This document shows, piece by piece, positions 38,934 through 49,258 of a stretch of DNA of 64,000 nucleotides. The DNA is from Bacteroidales bacterium (GTDB taxonomy: Bacteria; Bacteroidota; Bacteroidia; Bacteroidales; GCA-2711565), in assembly GCA_963675215.1 (NCBI GenBank), contig OY775914.1:3489127-3553126 (forward strand), in the 5' to 3' direction. The notes below the pieces were generated by a model, which searched no databases, had not been told where the DNA came from, and was given only the letters and a program-made list of their open reading frames with translations. Both the position numbers and the translations under genes were made by a program. Numbering within the stretch: position 1 is the first letter of the stretch; every line of letters starts with the position of its first letter.

Positions 38934-38954
38934 AAATATGTCGTAGACAAATAT

Positions 38955-41129
38955 TTATTTATCTGCTTTTTTTGCTTTTGCTGCAGCTTTCTTTTCTGAT
39001 GCTTCCATCTCTGTTTTCAGATTTGCAAGTGCATCAAGATCGCCTAAGGTTGTTTTTTCAACATTCTCATTCATTTTCTTAACAGCCTTTTGGTTTGATC
39101 GCTCAGTGCTCTTTGTTTTCGCGTGCTCTTTAGCTTTTTCGGCATAAATTACATCCTGATAGATCTTGGTATGAGAAAGAATAATTTTCTTACTCTCTTT
39201 AGAGAATTCAATTACTTTGAAATCCATTGTTTCATCTACTTTAGGAGTTGTTTTATCCTCTTTCGCCATGTGACGAGTTGGAACAAAACCTTCAACACCA
39301 TATGGCAATGAGATAACAGCACCCTTATCGTTTATTGAAAGGATCGCTCCACTATGAACTGAGTTCATGGTAAATACAGTTTCGAATACATCCCATGGAT
39401 TTTCTTCCAATTGTTTGTGACCTAAACTTAAGCGTCTGTTTTCTTCATCTACCTCCAAAACAACAACCTCTATCTTCTCACCAATTTTTGTGAATTCAGC
39501 AGGGTGTTTGATTTTTTTAGACCATGATAAGTCAGAGATATGAATCAATCCATCAACACCTTCTTCAAGTTCTACGAAAATACCAAAATTGGTAAAGTTT
39601 CGAACTGTTGCAGTATGTTTTGAATCTTTAGGATATCTGTCGATAATATTTGACCATGGGTCTGGAATAAGTTGTTTCATTCCAAGAGACATTTTACGCT
39701 CTTCACGATCAAGTGTTAGGATTTGTGCTTCGATCTCATCACCAACTTTCAAGAAATCTTGCGCAGTTCTTAAATGCTGCGACCAAGACATTTCTGAAAC
39801 ATGAATTAAACCTTCAACGCCAGGAGCAATCTCGATAAACGCACCGTAATCGGCAATAACAACAACTTTACCTTTAACTTTATCGTCAACTTTAAGTTTC
39901 TCGTCAAGTGCATCCCATGGATGAGGAGTTAATTGTTTCAATCCAAGTGCAATTCGTTTCTTGTTGTCGTCGAAATCAAGAATAACAATTTTTAATTTCT
40001 GATCAAGTTCAACGATTTCTTCCGGATGATTAATTCTACCCCAAGAAAGGTCGGTAATGTGAATTAAACCGTCAACGCCACCTAAGTCGATGAATACACC
40101 GTAAGAAGTGATGTTTTTAACAGTTCCTTCTAATACCTGTCCTTTTTCAAGTTTAGAAATAATTTCAGCTTTTTGATGTTCTAGCTCATCCTCAATTAAT
40201 GCTTTGTGAGAAACTACAACATTTTTATATTCATGGTTGATTTTTACAACTTTGAATTCCATTGTTTTATCAACGTAGATATCGTAATCGCGAATTGGTT
40301 TTACATCAATTTGCGAACCTGGAAGGAAAGCTTCGATACCAAATACATCTACAATTAAACCACCTTTTGTACGGCATTTAACATAACCATTGATAACTTC
40401 TTCTTTTTCGTAACAGATGTTGATACGTTCCCAAGATTTTAAAGTTCGGGCCTTTTTGTGAGACAGGATTAACTGACCATTTGGATCTTCCTGGCTTTCA
40501 ACATAAACTTCGATGGTATCACCAAGTTTAAGTTTCGGATTGTACCTTAATTCGTTCAAGGGAATAACACCATCAGATTTAAATCCAATGTTTACAACAA
40601 CCTCGCGGTTATTCATTCCAACCACAGTTCCGTCAACTACTTCATGCTCAACAATGGCACTAAAAGTGTCGTTGTAAACATTTTCTAACCTTTCTCTTTC
40701 AACTGCTGAATAGGCTTCGTGTTTTTTTCCAATTGCATCCCAATCAAATTCTTCGGGGGCTTTTTCTTCAGTTTTAACTTCAGTCTTTTCTTCTTTAACT
40801 TCAGGAGTTTCAGCTACAACTTCTTCTTTTTCAGCTTCTGCAGCTTCTTCTGCTTTAGCCACAACATCTTCTTTAACTTCTTCAGCAACTGCTTCTTCTG
40901 CTTCAGCTTTAGTTTCTTCTTTCACTTCAACTTCTGCAACAATTTCTTCTTCTTTTTTTTCTTCGGAGGTGGGAGATACTTCTTCTTTCGCTTCTGCTAC
41001 AACTTCAGATTTGGGTTCTTCTTTGGTTTCTTCTTTTACCTCTGCTTCAACTTGTTCTACAGATTCTTCAGCTTTAACAGCTTCAGTCTTTTCAGCTTCG
41101 TTCTCGAGGTTTTCTTTGGTATCAGTCAT
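38955..41129 (-). CDS. rpsA: 30S ribosomal protein bS1 with long acidic N-terminal extension
   Basis: Six S1 repeats (AFLPGSQID, GLIHITDLSW, GLIHVSEMSW, GLIHISDLSW), C-terminal KTTLGDL; promoter TAATTTTG on the minus strand at 41262-41269. Confidence 0.97.
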   Translation of the reverse strand: MTDTKENLENEAEKTEAVKAEESVEQVEAEVKEETKEEPKSEVVAEAKEEVSPTSEEKKEEEIVAEVEVKEETKAEAEEAVAEEVKEDVVAKAEEAAEAEKEEVVAETPEVKEEKTEVKTEEKAPEEFDWDAIGKKHEAYSAVERERLENVYNDTFSAIVEHEVVDGTVVGMNNREVVVNIGFKSDGVIPLNELRYNPKLKLGDTIEVYVESQEDPNGQLILSHKKARTLKSWERINICYEKEEVINGYVKCRTKGGLIVDVFGIEAFLPGSQIDVKPIRDYDIYVDKTMEFKVVKINHEYKNVVVSHKALIEDELEHQKAEIISKLEKGQVLEGTVKNITSYGVFIDLGGVDGLIHITDLSWGRINHPEEIVELDQKLKIVILDFDDNKKRIALGLKQLTPHPWDALDEKLKVDDKVKGKVVVIADYGAFIEIAPGVEGLIHVSEMSWSQHLRTAQDFLKVGDEIEAQILTLDREERKMSLGMKQLIPDPWSNIIDRYPKDSKHTATVRNFTNFGIFVELEEGVDGLIHISDLSWSKKIKHPAEFTKIGEKIEVVVLEVDEENRRLSLGHKQLEENPWDVFETVFTMNSVHSGAILSINDKGAVISLPYGVEGFVPTRHMAKEDKTTPKVDETMDFKVIEFSKESKKIILSHTKIYQDVIYAEKAKEHAKTKSTERSNQKAVKKMNENVEKTTLGDLDALANLKTEMEASEKKAAAKAKKADK

Positions 41130-41371
41130 TTAATTTACTATTAGCTTCTGTGCACAATGCCCGGGTAGTTGATTCCAGAATGGGTTTATAATCATTTTTT
41201 AAGTTTAAGATTTTGGGAACGAGTATGTTCTCACAATTCCAGGCCTCTCAAAATTAGCGTGCAAAATTAAACAATATATTCTAATTTTAAAAATATTGAA
41301 GCACTTAAAAATCGTAGTCACAATTACTTTATCTTTGCAGCCTTAATTAACAAATAAAATATCCTAACATT

Positions 41372-42469
41372 ATGGCATTAAATTGTGGCATCATTGGTCT
41401 GACTAATATTGGTAAAACAACCATTTTTAATTGCATGTCGAACACCAAAGCCGAAGCCAGTAGCTTTGCATTCAGCGCAACCAAATCAAATATTGGCAAA
41501 GTGGATGTTCCGGATGATAGATTATTTAAAATTGATGCGCTCATAAAATCAGCCAAGGTAGTTCCGGCAACCGTTGAAATCATTGATTTGCCAGGCCTTG
41601 CGAAAGGTGCAAACAAAGGAGAAGGGGTAGGGAATAAATTCCTTGCAGATATCCAACAAATGGATGCACTCATTCATGTGGTAAGATGTTTTGATGATGA
41701 AAACCTTCCTCATATCGAAGGTTCGGTTAACCCTGTTCGCGACAGAGAAATTGTTGAACTAGAGCTACAAATACGCGATTTAGACATGGTGGAGCGAAAA
41801 ATTCAACGTCTTGAGAAATTAGTTAAAACAGGTGATAAAGATGCCAAAAGGGGAGTTGAAGTTTTAAACGTTTATAAAGCCCACTTTGAGGATTTTAAAA
41901 ACGCAAGAACTGCACCCGTCTCTGAGGATGATAAACGGTACATTGACGACATGTATTTATTGACTGCTAAGCCTGTTATTTATGTTTGCAATGTTGATGA
42001 AAACTCAGCCACTGGTGGAAATAATCATTCAAAGTCGTTTATTGATAATCTCGAAGAAAAAGACACGGAAGTATTAATTATTGCCGGTGCACTTGAGGCC
42101 GATATAGCAGACTTGGATGATGCACAGGACAGATTAGATTTTCTGCAAGATGCGAACCTAACTGAACCTGGTGTAAACAAACTTATCCAATCAGCTTATA
42201 AAACATTAAACCTAAAATCGTTTTTTACAGCCGGCCCAATGGAAGTGAAGGCATGGACCATTAAAAATGGCATGACTGCACCTCAGGCGGCAGGTGTAAT
42301 ACATAGTGACTTAGAACGTGGTTTTATCAGAGCCGAAGTAATGAAGTATGAGGATTTTATTAGCCTGGGTTCTGAACAAGCTTGCAAAGATAAAGGCAAA
42401 TTTCATGTAGAAGGCAAAAACTATATCGTTGATGATGGTGATATTATACATATTCGTTTTAATGTTTAA
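41372..42469 (+). CDS. ychF: Redox-regulated ATPase YchF
   Basis: GLTNIGKTT, GEGVGNKFL, APQAAGVIHSD, GFIRAEV, RFNV end; promoter TATCTTTG at 41330-41337. Confidence 0.95.
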   Translation: MALNCGIIGLTNIGKTTIFNCMSNTKAEASSFAFSATKSNIGKVDVPDDRLFKIDALIKSAKVVPATVEIIDLPGLAKGANKGEGVGNKFLADIQQMDALIHVVRCFDDENLPHIEGSVNPVRDREIVELELQIRDLDMVERKIQRLEKLVKTGDKDAKRGVEVLNVYKAHFEDFKNARTAPVSEDDKRYIDDMYLLTAKPVIYVCNVDENSATGGNNHSKSFIDNLEEKDTEVLIIAGALEADIADLDDAQDRLDFLQDANLTEPGVNKLIQSAYKTLNLKSFFTAGPMEVKAWTIKNGMTAPQAAGVIHSDLERGFIRAEVMKYEDFISLGSEQACKDKGKFHVEGKNYIVDDGDIIHIRFNV

Positions 42470-42568
42470 TATCATTCGTCTATTTTATTAAATTCATCAA
42501 ACATACCCAAAAACTGTTTTTATTAAAATTCTTATCTTGCTGATGTATTTACATCAAAGCATGCACCC

Positions 42569-43437
42569 ATGAAAACACTTTTATCGTCCTTTTTTTACTC
42601 AGTTTTACAACCGTATTTTCGCAATCAGGAACTGAAATTTATTTGTTCGACATCAATTTTGAAAATGATCAAATCAGTATTTCAAATCCGCAAAACATCA
42701 CTGCTCGAATCGGATACGACAACCAACCAAGTTTTCACAGCTCAAAACCCATTATTTATTTCTCATCATTTAATTCAGAGGGTAGAAGCGATATTAAATA
42801 TTATAATTACAAAACCAAGGAGACAAAGAATTTAACATTAACTAATGAGCGGGAATACTCCCCTACCCTGACTCCTGATGGCAATTTCATTTCTTGCATT
42901 TTACAACGGGATAATGGAGCGCAAGACCTGGTCAAATATCCAATTAATGGAGGAGAGCCCCTTGTTCTTATTAAAGATATATTAATTGGTTATCATGCCT
43001 GGATTGATAATTCTAAACTTCTCACTTATGTTTTATCAGAAGACAAAGGTGAATTGCATTATTTCGATTTAGCGTCTGGAGAAAGCGCTTTAATCACTGC
43101 TAAGATTGGACGATCAATGCATAAAATACCTGCTCAAAATCAAATGAGTTTTATTGGCAAAGCATTTGATGAAGAATGGACCATCAATAGTTTTGATCCC
43201 CAAACAAAAAAGTCGACAGTACTTGCAAACACCTTACCCTCAAGGGAAGATATGTGCTGGACAAATAACGGCTTGATTCTAATGAGCGACGGTGACGACA
43301 TGTATTTTCTGGATCCTCAATCAAGCCGGGGATGGGTACAAATAAAAATAAATAATTTATCGATGCCACTTGAAGGGATTACAAGAATAGCCATTAATCC
43401 GGAAAACAATAAACTTGCCGTTGTAGTTAGTGAGTAA
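42569..43437 (+). pseudogene. TolB-like beta-propeller exported protein, frameshifted in a T7 tract within the signal peptide
   Basis: One extra T at 42590-42596 joins ATG 42569 to the 42643 frame, giving MKTLLSSFFLLSFTTVFSQSGTEIYLFD; GYDNQPSF and EYSPTLTPDG are PD40-like motifs. Could be a sequencing error. Confidence 0.7.
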
Positions 43438-43496
43438 GATTTATTCAACAAACCACGCCCAAAATCTATTTTATAATTTTTAGCGCTTTTACTTTT

Positions 43497-45674
43497 ATGC
43501 CTTTAAACAAGACCTTCAAGCATCTTTCAAAAATATTAGTAGGGATTTTAATCATTTCATCCAACCAATTAATAAGTCAATCGCAGCATACAAAAATCAT
43601 TAACGCAAAATTGACTTCAGAACAAATCAGGGTAGATGGTCACTTAAACGAAAAAGCTTGGGCAGAAGCAGTAAAAATTATCCACTTCATTCAACGAGAG
43701 CAACAAGTTGGCGAGCCTGCAACAGAAAAAACTGAAACTGCCATTCTTTATGATAAAAATAATTTATACATAGGTGTATGGTGTTATCAGAAAGATGAGA
43801 ATAGTATACGTGCGAAATATATGCAACGCGATTTTGATTATGAAGCTGAAGACAATTTTAAAGTTATCATAAGTACTTTTAATGATGGGCGAAACGGTTA
43901 CTTATTTATTGTAAATCCGAACGGTGCAAGAGCTGATGCACAGGTTTATGGTTTGGAAGAAAAAAACATGAATTGGAACGGTGTTTGGGATGTTAAAAGT
44001 AGCATTACCGAAGAAGGATGGTTTGCTGAAATCATTATTCCATTTAGTACTTTCCAATTTAAGAATACAGAAAAACTGAGTTGGGGGATCAATTTTGAAC
44101 GCGATATTGTTTCAAAAAATGAACAAGTGACCTGGCAGGGATGGAATCAAAATTATTCGATAAATAGTTTATCTGCAGCTGGAACACTTACGGGGATTAA
44201 TAATATTGGATACACTAAAAAATTCGAATTTAAGCCTTATTTGCTAACAGGGTTCGATAAAGAAGCCAGTATTAAAACGCAATATCCGTTTAAATATGGA
44301 TTTGATTTAAATGTTAATCTATCGCCAACATTAAAATTAAACTTAACCACAAATACAGATTTTGCGCAAGTCGAAGCTGATCGGATAGCAGTTAACTTAA
44401 GCCGCTTCAATTTATTTTATCCTGAAAAACGTGATTTTTTCCTGGAAGGATACAATCAATTTTCATTTAAATTGGGCTATACTGAGGACCTGTTTTATAC
44501 CCGAAAAATAGGTATCGAAAATTTCGAACCTGTTCCAATCATGTTAGGTGCGCGTTTGATTGGCAAAATTGGCAAAAACAATATTAATTTCTTAAGCATT
44601 CAAACTGAGAAATTAGATACCATTCCAACAACAAACAATACCGTTTTCCGATACAAATATGATATTGGGAGCCAATCATATGTTGGTGGAATTATAACCT
44701 CTAAAGTGAATCAAAACTACTCTAACCTAATAATAGGTTTAGATGCAAAATTCTCTACTTCGAAATTCCTAAAAAATAAAAACTTAATTGTTTATGGTAG
44801 TTTTTCGAAAAGCTTTGATGACTTAAAATCAAATAAAGAAGCTAAAGCCATCAGGTTTTATGTGGACTATCCTAACGACTTTATGGATCAACATATCGGT
44901 TTTACAGGAGTTTATGAGGACTTCAATCCAGCTTTAGGTTTTTTGCGGAGAACCAACTACGAATACCTCCGTTATAATTTCAGGTTGACACCAAGATGGC
45001 TGACCAAATGGGGAATCAATAAATTGCTATTAAAACCATGGGGCATTAACGTTTACAGAAGACCAGCAACAGGTGAAGTTGAAACCTTCGAAAACGAATC
45101 AACACTTGCTGGTTTCATTTTAAAGAGCGGAGATAGTTTTCAGTTTCACATCAAACAAACCTACGACAATTTAATGGAAGAATTTGAATTAGTTGATGAC
45201 TTAATAATTCCGATTAACGACTATTGGATGCATCAGACAAAAATGGAATTTAGTTCGTACGACGCCCGGAAAATCTGGTTTGAGGCAGAAATAATGTGGG
45301 GCGGATTTTATACAGGCACCATACAAAACTATCAATTAGAATTGGGTTTAAATGTAAACAAGCATCTGAATTTAACAAGCACATATTCTTATAATCTTGT
45401 AGAATTACCAGCCACTTCAATTAAAACCCACGAACTTGCAACTCAGATAAATTATGCCTTTAATCCACGACTGAATCTGGCACTATTTTCACAATACAAT
45501 TCGTTGGATGAATTATTGTTCTTCAATTTCAGGTTACATTGGATTCCTAAAGTAGGGAGTGATTTGTATTTTGTATACAACCATGAACTCGATGAAATTA
45601 AAAGGCAATTGAACCTGCTCAAACCAAATATCTCTTCAGGAGCGGTTAAAATTGTTTGGCGATTTACTTTTTAA
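43497..45674 (+). CDS. CBM9-like + DUF5916 outer-membrane protein (distant paralog)
   Basis: IRVDGHLNEKAW, WNGVWDV, NTDFAQVEAD, FYPEKRDFFLEG, terminal Phe. Confidence 0.82.
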   Translation: MPLNKTFKHLSKILVGILIISSNQLISQSQHTKIINAKLTSEQIRVDGHLNEKAWAEAVKIIHFIQREQQVGEPATEKTETAILYDKNNLYIGVWCYQKDENSIRAKYMQRDFDYEAEDNFKVIISTFNDGRNGYLFIVNPNGARADAQVYGLEEKNMNWNGVWDVKSSITEEGWFAEIIIPFSTFQFKNTEKLSWGINFERDIVSKNEQVTWQGWNQNYSINSLSAAGTLTGINNIGYTKKFEFKPYLLTGFDKEASIKTQYPFKYGFDLNVNLSPTLKLNLTTNTDFAQVEADRIAVNLSRFNLFYPEKRDFFLEGYNQFSFKLGYTEDLFYTRKIGIENFEPVPIMLGARLIGKIGKNNINFLSIQTEKLDTIPTTNNTVFRYKYDIGSQSYVGGIITSKVNQNYSNLIIGLDAKFSTSKFLKNKNLIVYGSFSKSFDDLKSNKEAKAIRFYVDYPNDFMDQHIGFTGVYEDFNPALGFLRRTNYEYLRYNFRLTPRWLTKWGINKLLLKPWGINVYRRPATGEVETFENESTLAGFILKSGDSFQFHIKQTYDNLMEEFELVDDLIIPINDYWMHQTKMEFSSYDARKIWFEAEIMWGGFYTGTIQNYQLELGLNVNKHLNLTSTYSYNLVELPATSIKTHELATQINYAFNPRLNLALFSQYNSLDELLFFNFRLHWIPKVGSDLYFVYNHELDEIKRQLNLLKPNISSGAVKIVWRFTF

Positions 45675-45754
45675 ATTATTCAGAATGATAATAATCAGAC
45701 CTGTTTTTCGTTTTATATTTGTTAAATTCGCATAGCAATTAAGCATTTTTTTTA

Positions 45755-46645
45755 ATGAAGAAATACATTTTAATTTTCTTAATAATTCCAATAATCAACA
45801 TTTCAGCAACTGCACAATTAATTGCCAGCTTTACGCAATTAAATATGGGTTGTTCTGGTGGTATTTGCGATGGTAAAATGCAAGTTACAATTGATGGAGG
45901 AACTCCTCCCTATCGAATTGATTGGGATAACACCAGTACTGATCCCGGCAATCCATTTATCGGAACTAATTTATGCGAAGGACTTTATTATATAAGCATT
46001 TATGATGCCCTTGACCTCAGGCTTGATACATCCTTTTTTGTAAATGTATTCAGAGCACCACAAATTGAGATATCTGCTGATCCCGAAGATCCCTGGTATA
46101 TTCAAAACCCTACAGGAACTTTTCATTTTACAAACTTATCTTCCGAAACCATTGAGGTTGAAGGCTGGAAATGGGAATTTGGTGATGAAATAATTTCGTT
46201 TGATCGTGACCCGATTCACACCTTCGATCAGATTAAAAATTATGAGGTCATCTTTACTGCAAATTACGCGTCAAAATGTGACACTACCTTGTATTTCGAA
46301 ATAAGCGTTAAAACCGTAAAATTATTAATCCCCAATGTCATCACACCCAATAATGATGGATTAAATGATGTTTTTATTATTACGCAAGACAACCAAAGTT
46401 CTGCTAACAATCCTAACTTAAAAGCAGGAAGTGATTATCCAAAACTTAATGCTTTTTATAAAAGCAATGAGCTAATCATTTTTAATCGCTGGGGCCAAAA
46501 GGTTTTGGAACAAAAGAATTATCAAAATGATTGGAACGGAGGTAAATTAAAAGATGGTGTTTATTTTTACGTTCTCAAATGTAATGGAGAATTTGAAGAT
46601 GATATATTCAGAGGTTCCATAACCATTATGGGAAGTAGTAATTAA
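45755..46645 (+). CDS. SprB/PKD repeat protein with gliding-motility-associated (type B T9SS) C-terminal domain
   Basis: GGTPPY, WEFGD, IPNVITPNNDGLND, IFNRWG, WNG, GVYFY. Confidence 0.85.
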   Translation: MKKYILIFLIIPIINISATAQLIASFTQLNMGCSGGICDGKMQVTIDGGTPPYRIDWDNTSTDPGNPFIGTNLCEGLYYISIYDALDLRLDTSFFVNVFRAPQIEISADPEDPWYIQNPTGTFHFTNLSSETIEVEGWKWEFGDEIISFDRDPIHTFDQIKNYEVIFTANYASKCDTTLYFEISVKTVKLLIPNVITPNNDGLNDVFIITQDNQSSANNPNLKAGSDYPKLNAFYKSNELIIFNRWGQKVLEQKNYQNDWNGGKLKDGVYFYVLKCNGEFEDDIFRGSITIMGSSN

Positions 46646-46688
46646 TTATTAAAGTTTCTTATTCAAGTATAATTCATATTTTTGCATC

Positions 46689-47150
46689 ATGAAGCGCATC
46701 AATTTTTTATCAACTCTAATTATTTTTGGAATAAGCATATCCTTATTCACAAGTTGTAATCAAACGCCTGGCGCAGCAAATAAATCAAAGGCTATTACCA
46801 GCGAATTGCCTGATGAATCTTCGAAAACAGGAGGCATTCCAAAAATTAATTTCAGAGAAAATGAACACGACTTTGGTAATATTGTAGCGGGTGAAAAAAT
46901 CACTCATGCTTTCAGATTTACCAATACTGGCAACGCTGACCTTCTCATCCTAAATGTATCGACCTCTTGTGGATGTACCGTTAGTGAATTTCCGAAGGAA
47001 CCAATTAAACCAGGAAAATCCGGTGTAATCAAACTAACTTTTGATAGTCGTGGTAGAGAAGGATATCAAAATAAAACTGCAACCATTGAAACGAATACCG
47101 CGTCTAACAAGGTATTTCTCAGGTTGAAGGCAACTGTAAAGAAATCATAA
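46689..47150 (+). CDS. DUF1573 domain lipoprotein
   Basis: Lipobox FTSC; HDFG, FTNTG, SCGCT, PIKPG. Confidence 0.9.
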   Translation: MKRINFLSTLIIFGISISLFTSCNQTPGAANKSKAITSELPDESSKTGGIPKINFRENEHDFGNIVAGEKITHAFRFTNTGNADLLILNVSTSCGCTVSEFPKEPIKPGKSGVIKLTFDSRGREGYQNKTATIETNTASNKVFLRLKATVKKS

Positions 47151-47174
47151 ATTAAACATAAAACAAAAAATCTA

Positions 47175-47492
47175 ATGACAATCTCAAACATCTTATTATT
47201 CATGCCTCAAGAAGGCCAAGAAGGAGGCGGACTAATGTCATTTCTTCCTCTATTATTAATTGTAGTCGTATTTTATATGTTCTTCATTCGACCACAAATG
47301 AAAAAATCAAAAGAACAAAGAAAATATCGTGAAGCGCTTAAAAAAGGTGATAAAATTGTTACCATTGGTGGTATTCATGGTAAAATTATAGAAGTACGTG
47401 AAAAAACTTTTGTTATTGAAGTAGACGGCCAAAACCGGCTAACGATCGACAGAACTGCTGTTGGTGGCGATGCACCAATCGCAGGACAGTAG
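47175..47492 (+). CDS. yajC: Preprotein translocase subunit YajC
   Basis: FYMFFIRPQ, LKKGDKIVTIGGIHG. Confidence 0.95.
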   Translation: MTISNILLFMPQEGQEGGGLMSFLPLLLIVVVFYMFFIRPQMKKSKEQRKYREALKKGDKIVTIGGIHGKIIEVREKTFVIEVDGQNRLTIDRTAVGGDAPIAGQ

Positions 47493-47511
47493 AAATATTA
47501 AATACAACTAT

Positions 47512-47548
47512 AAAAAGGAACCTTGGATTGAATCAAGGTTCCTTTTTT
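47512..47548 (+). terminator. Intrinsic terminator after yajC
   Basis: AAAAAGGAACCTTG...CAAGGTTCCTTTTTT. Confidence 0.8.
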
Positions 47549-47572
47549 ATTAACTTGCAGAAAAAAGAAGAA

Positions 47573-48571
47573 GTGAGACCTAAATATTTTGGGATAGGCG
47601 AAAAATTAATAAAATTAAAGGAGACCAGAAATAAAGCAAGTATTTCAATTTTTCTTTTTTGTTTGTTAATCTCCATTTTCATTTGGGTACTAATTAAAAT
47701 GTCGAAAGATTACGCTTCTGACATTTCTTATAAATTAAATTTCTACAACCCTCCTTCCAATCAAATTATATCAGAAATAGCTGACTCTATTATATATTTA
47801 CAAATTGACTCAAGAGGGTTTGATCTTTTTAACAGGCGCTATCTAAAAAAGACTAACACATTAAATATCGATTTAAGTAAAGTTAATATTCATAATGATC
47901 GATATACGTTGGGAAGTTATATTTTAAGTGAATCAATCCTTAACCAAATAAGAAGTCAAAATGAATTTCCGAATTATATAAATCGAATTTATCCTGATAC
48001 GCTACATTTAAAATTAGAAAATACCATCAGTAAAGAAATTGATATCAAACTGCAGCTTGAGATCATCCCAAAACAGCAGCATTATGTTTATGGAGAGATT
48101 ACTACATCAGCGCAAAAAACTATTATTACCGGCCCGTCGTCCGTTATTGATACTGTAGAATTTATATCAACTGAAAACTTATTACTTAAAGACATTGATA
48201 AGGATCAACGATTTAAGATAAATCTTATCAATCCATACCTAAAACATAATGTAAGTATTTCCGTTAATGCAATAGAGGTATTAATTCCTGTTCAACAATT
48301 TACAGAAAGCTCAATCAGTATTCCGATTAAGGTAAATCAGCCATTGGACCAACGCATTAAACTTTTCCCGGAAACCATAAACATAAAATATTTGGTTGCC
48401 CTAACAGACTATGACAGGATAAATTCTAATATGTTCTCAGCTATCGTTAATTACGATCCAAGCTCATTAAATTATCAAAAAGTAGCACTTGAACAAATCC
48501 CTAAATTTGTAAAAATAATTTCATTTACACCAGAAACCGTTGAGTATCTTATCCTCAAGAACAATGATTAA
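47573..48571 (+). CDS. YbbR/CdaR-like membrane-anchored protein
   Basis: Single N-terminal TM, ITGP motif, position between yajC and coaE. Start moved to in-frame GTG 47573 because the 47528 TTG lies inside the terminator. Confidence 0.7.
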   Translation: MRPKYFGIGEKLIKLKETRNKASISIFLFCLLISIFIWVLIKMSKDYASDISYKLNFYNPPSNQIISEIADSIIYLQIDSRGFDLFNRRYLKKTNTLNIDLSKVNIHNDRYTLGSYILSESILNQIRSQNEFPNYINRIYPDTLHLKLENTISKEIDIKLQLEIIPKQQHYVYGEITTSAQKTIITGPSSVIDTVEFISTENLLLKDIDKDQRFKINLINPYLKHNVSISVNAIEVLIPVQQFTESSISIPIKVNQPLDQRIKLFPETINIKYLVALTDYDRINSNMFSAIVNYDPSSLNYQKVALEQIPKFVKIISFTPETVEYLILKNND

Positions 48572-49151
48572 AATTGGTTTAACAGGAAACATGGGTAGTG
48601 GCAAATCAACCGTTGCAAAAATTTTTAGCATTCTTGGTGCCCCCATATTTTATGCAGATATCGAGGCAAAAAAGTTATTAGACAAACCACGTATCATTAA
48701 TGAATTATGCAATCGTTTTGGTAATTCTATTATTGATCATAACAATAAGGTAAACCGAAAGTCACTCTCATCAATTGTTTTTCATGATCAGAACTCTTTG
48801 GATTATTTGAACAAACTAATACATCCTGAAGTAGCAAAAGCTTTTGACACCTGGCTTGAGCTAAACATTAATTCACCGTATATTATTCATGAAGCTGCAA
48901 TACTGTATGAGAGCGGTTTTAATCAATTTATGGATGAAATCATATATGTATATGCACCAGAATATTTACGAATTGATCGAATCATTAAAAGAGATAAACT
49001 AAGCAAAGCCGAAATTTCAGAACGGATGAATAATCAATGGGATGATCAGAGAAAAATTAAAATAGCAAATCACGTTATTAAGAATGGACTTGATGATTTA
49101 TTAATTCCTCAAGTATTGAAGATACATAATCAGTACCTCATCAAACATTAA
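48564..49151 (+). CDS. coaE: Dephospho-CoA kinase
   Basis: MIKIGLTGNMGSGKST, LIHPEV, EAAILYESG; start at ATG 48564. Confidence 0.95.
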   Translation: MIKIGLTGNMGSGKSTVAKIFSILGAPIFYADIEAKKLLDKPRIINELCNRFGNSIIDHNNKVNRKSLSSIVFHDQNSLDYLNKLIHPEVAKAFDTWLELNINSPYIIHEAAILYESGFNQFMDEIIYVYAPEYLRIDRIIKRDKLSKAEISERMNNQWDDQRKIKIANHVIKNGLDDLLIPQVLKIHNQYLIKH

Positions 49152-49203
49152 AATTGCAAACAATTCCTGAACCTAGTTAAAAAAAGGTCCCATTTAAAAT
49201 CAT

Positions 49204-49238
49204 AAAAAAAAGCGACTACAAATAAATGTAATCGCTTT
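49204..49238 (-). terminator. Intrinsic terminator after the LruC-domain gene
   Basis: A run followed by GCGACTACA...TGTAATCGC. Confidence 0.6.
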
Positions 49239-49258
49239 AATGTTTTTATTCTGATTTA

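Noticed and set aside
40719-41144. 141-aa Phe-rich plus-strand ORF
   Set aside because: Antisense shadow of the GAA/AAA-rich rpsA extension.
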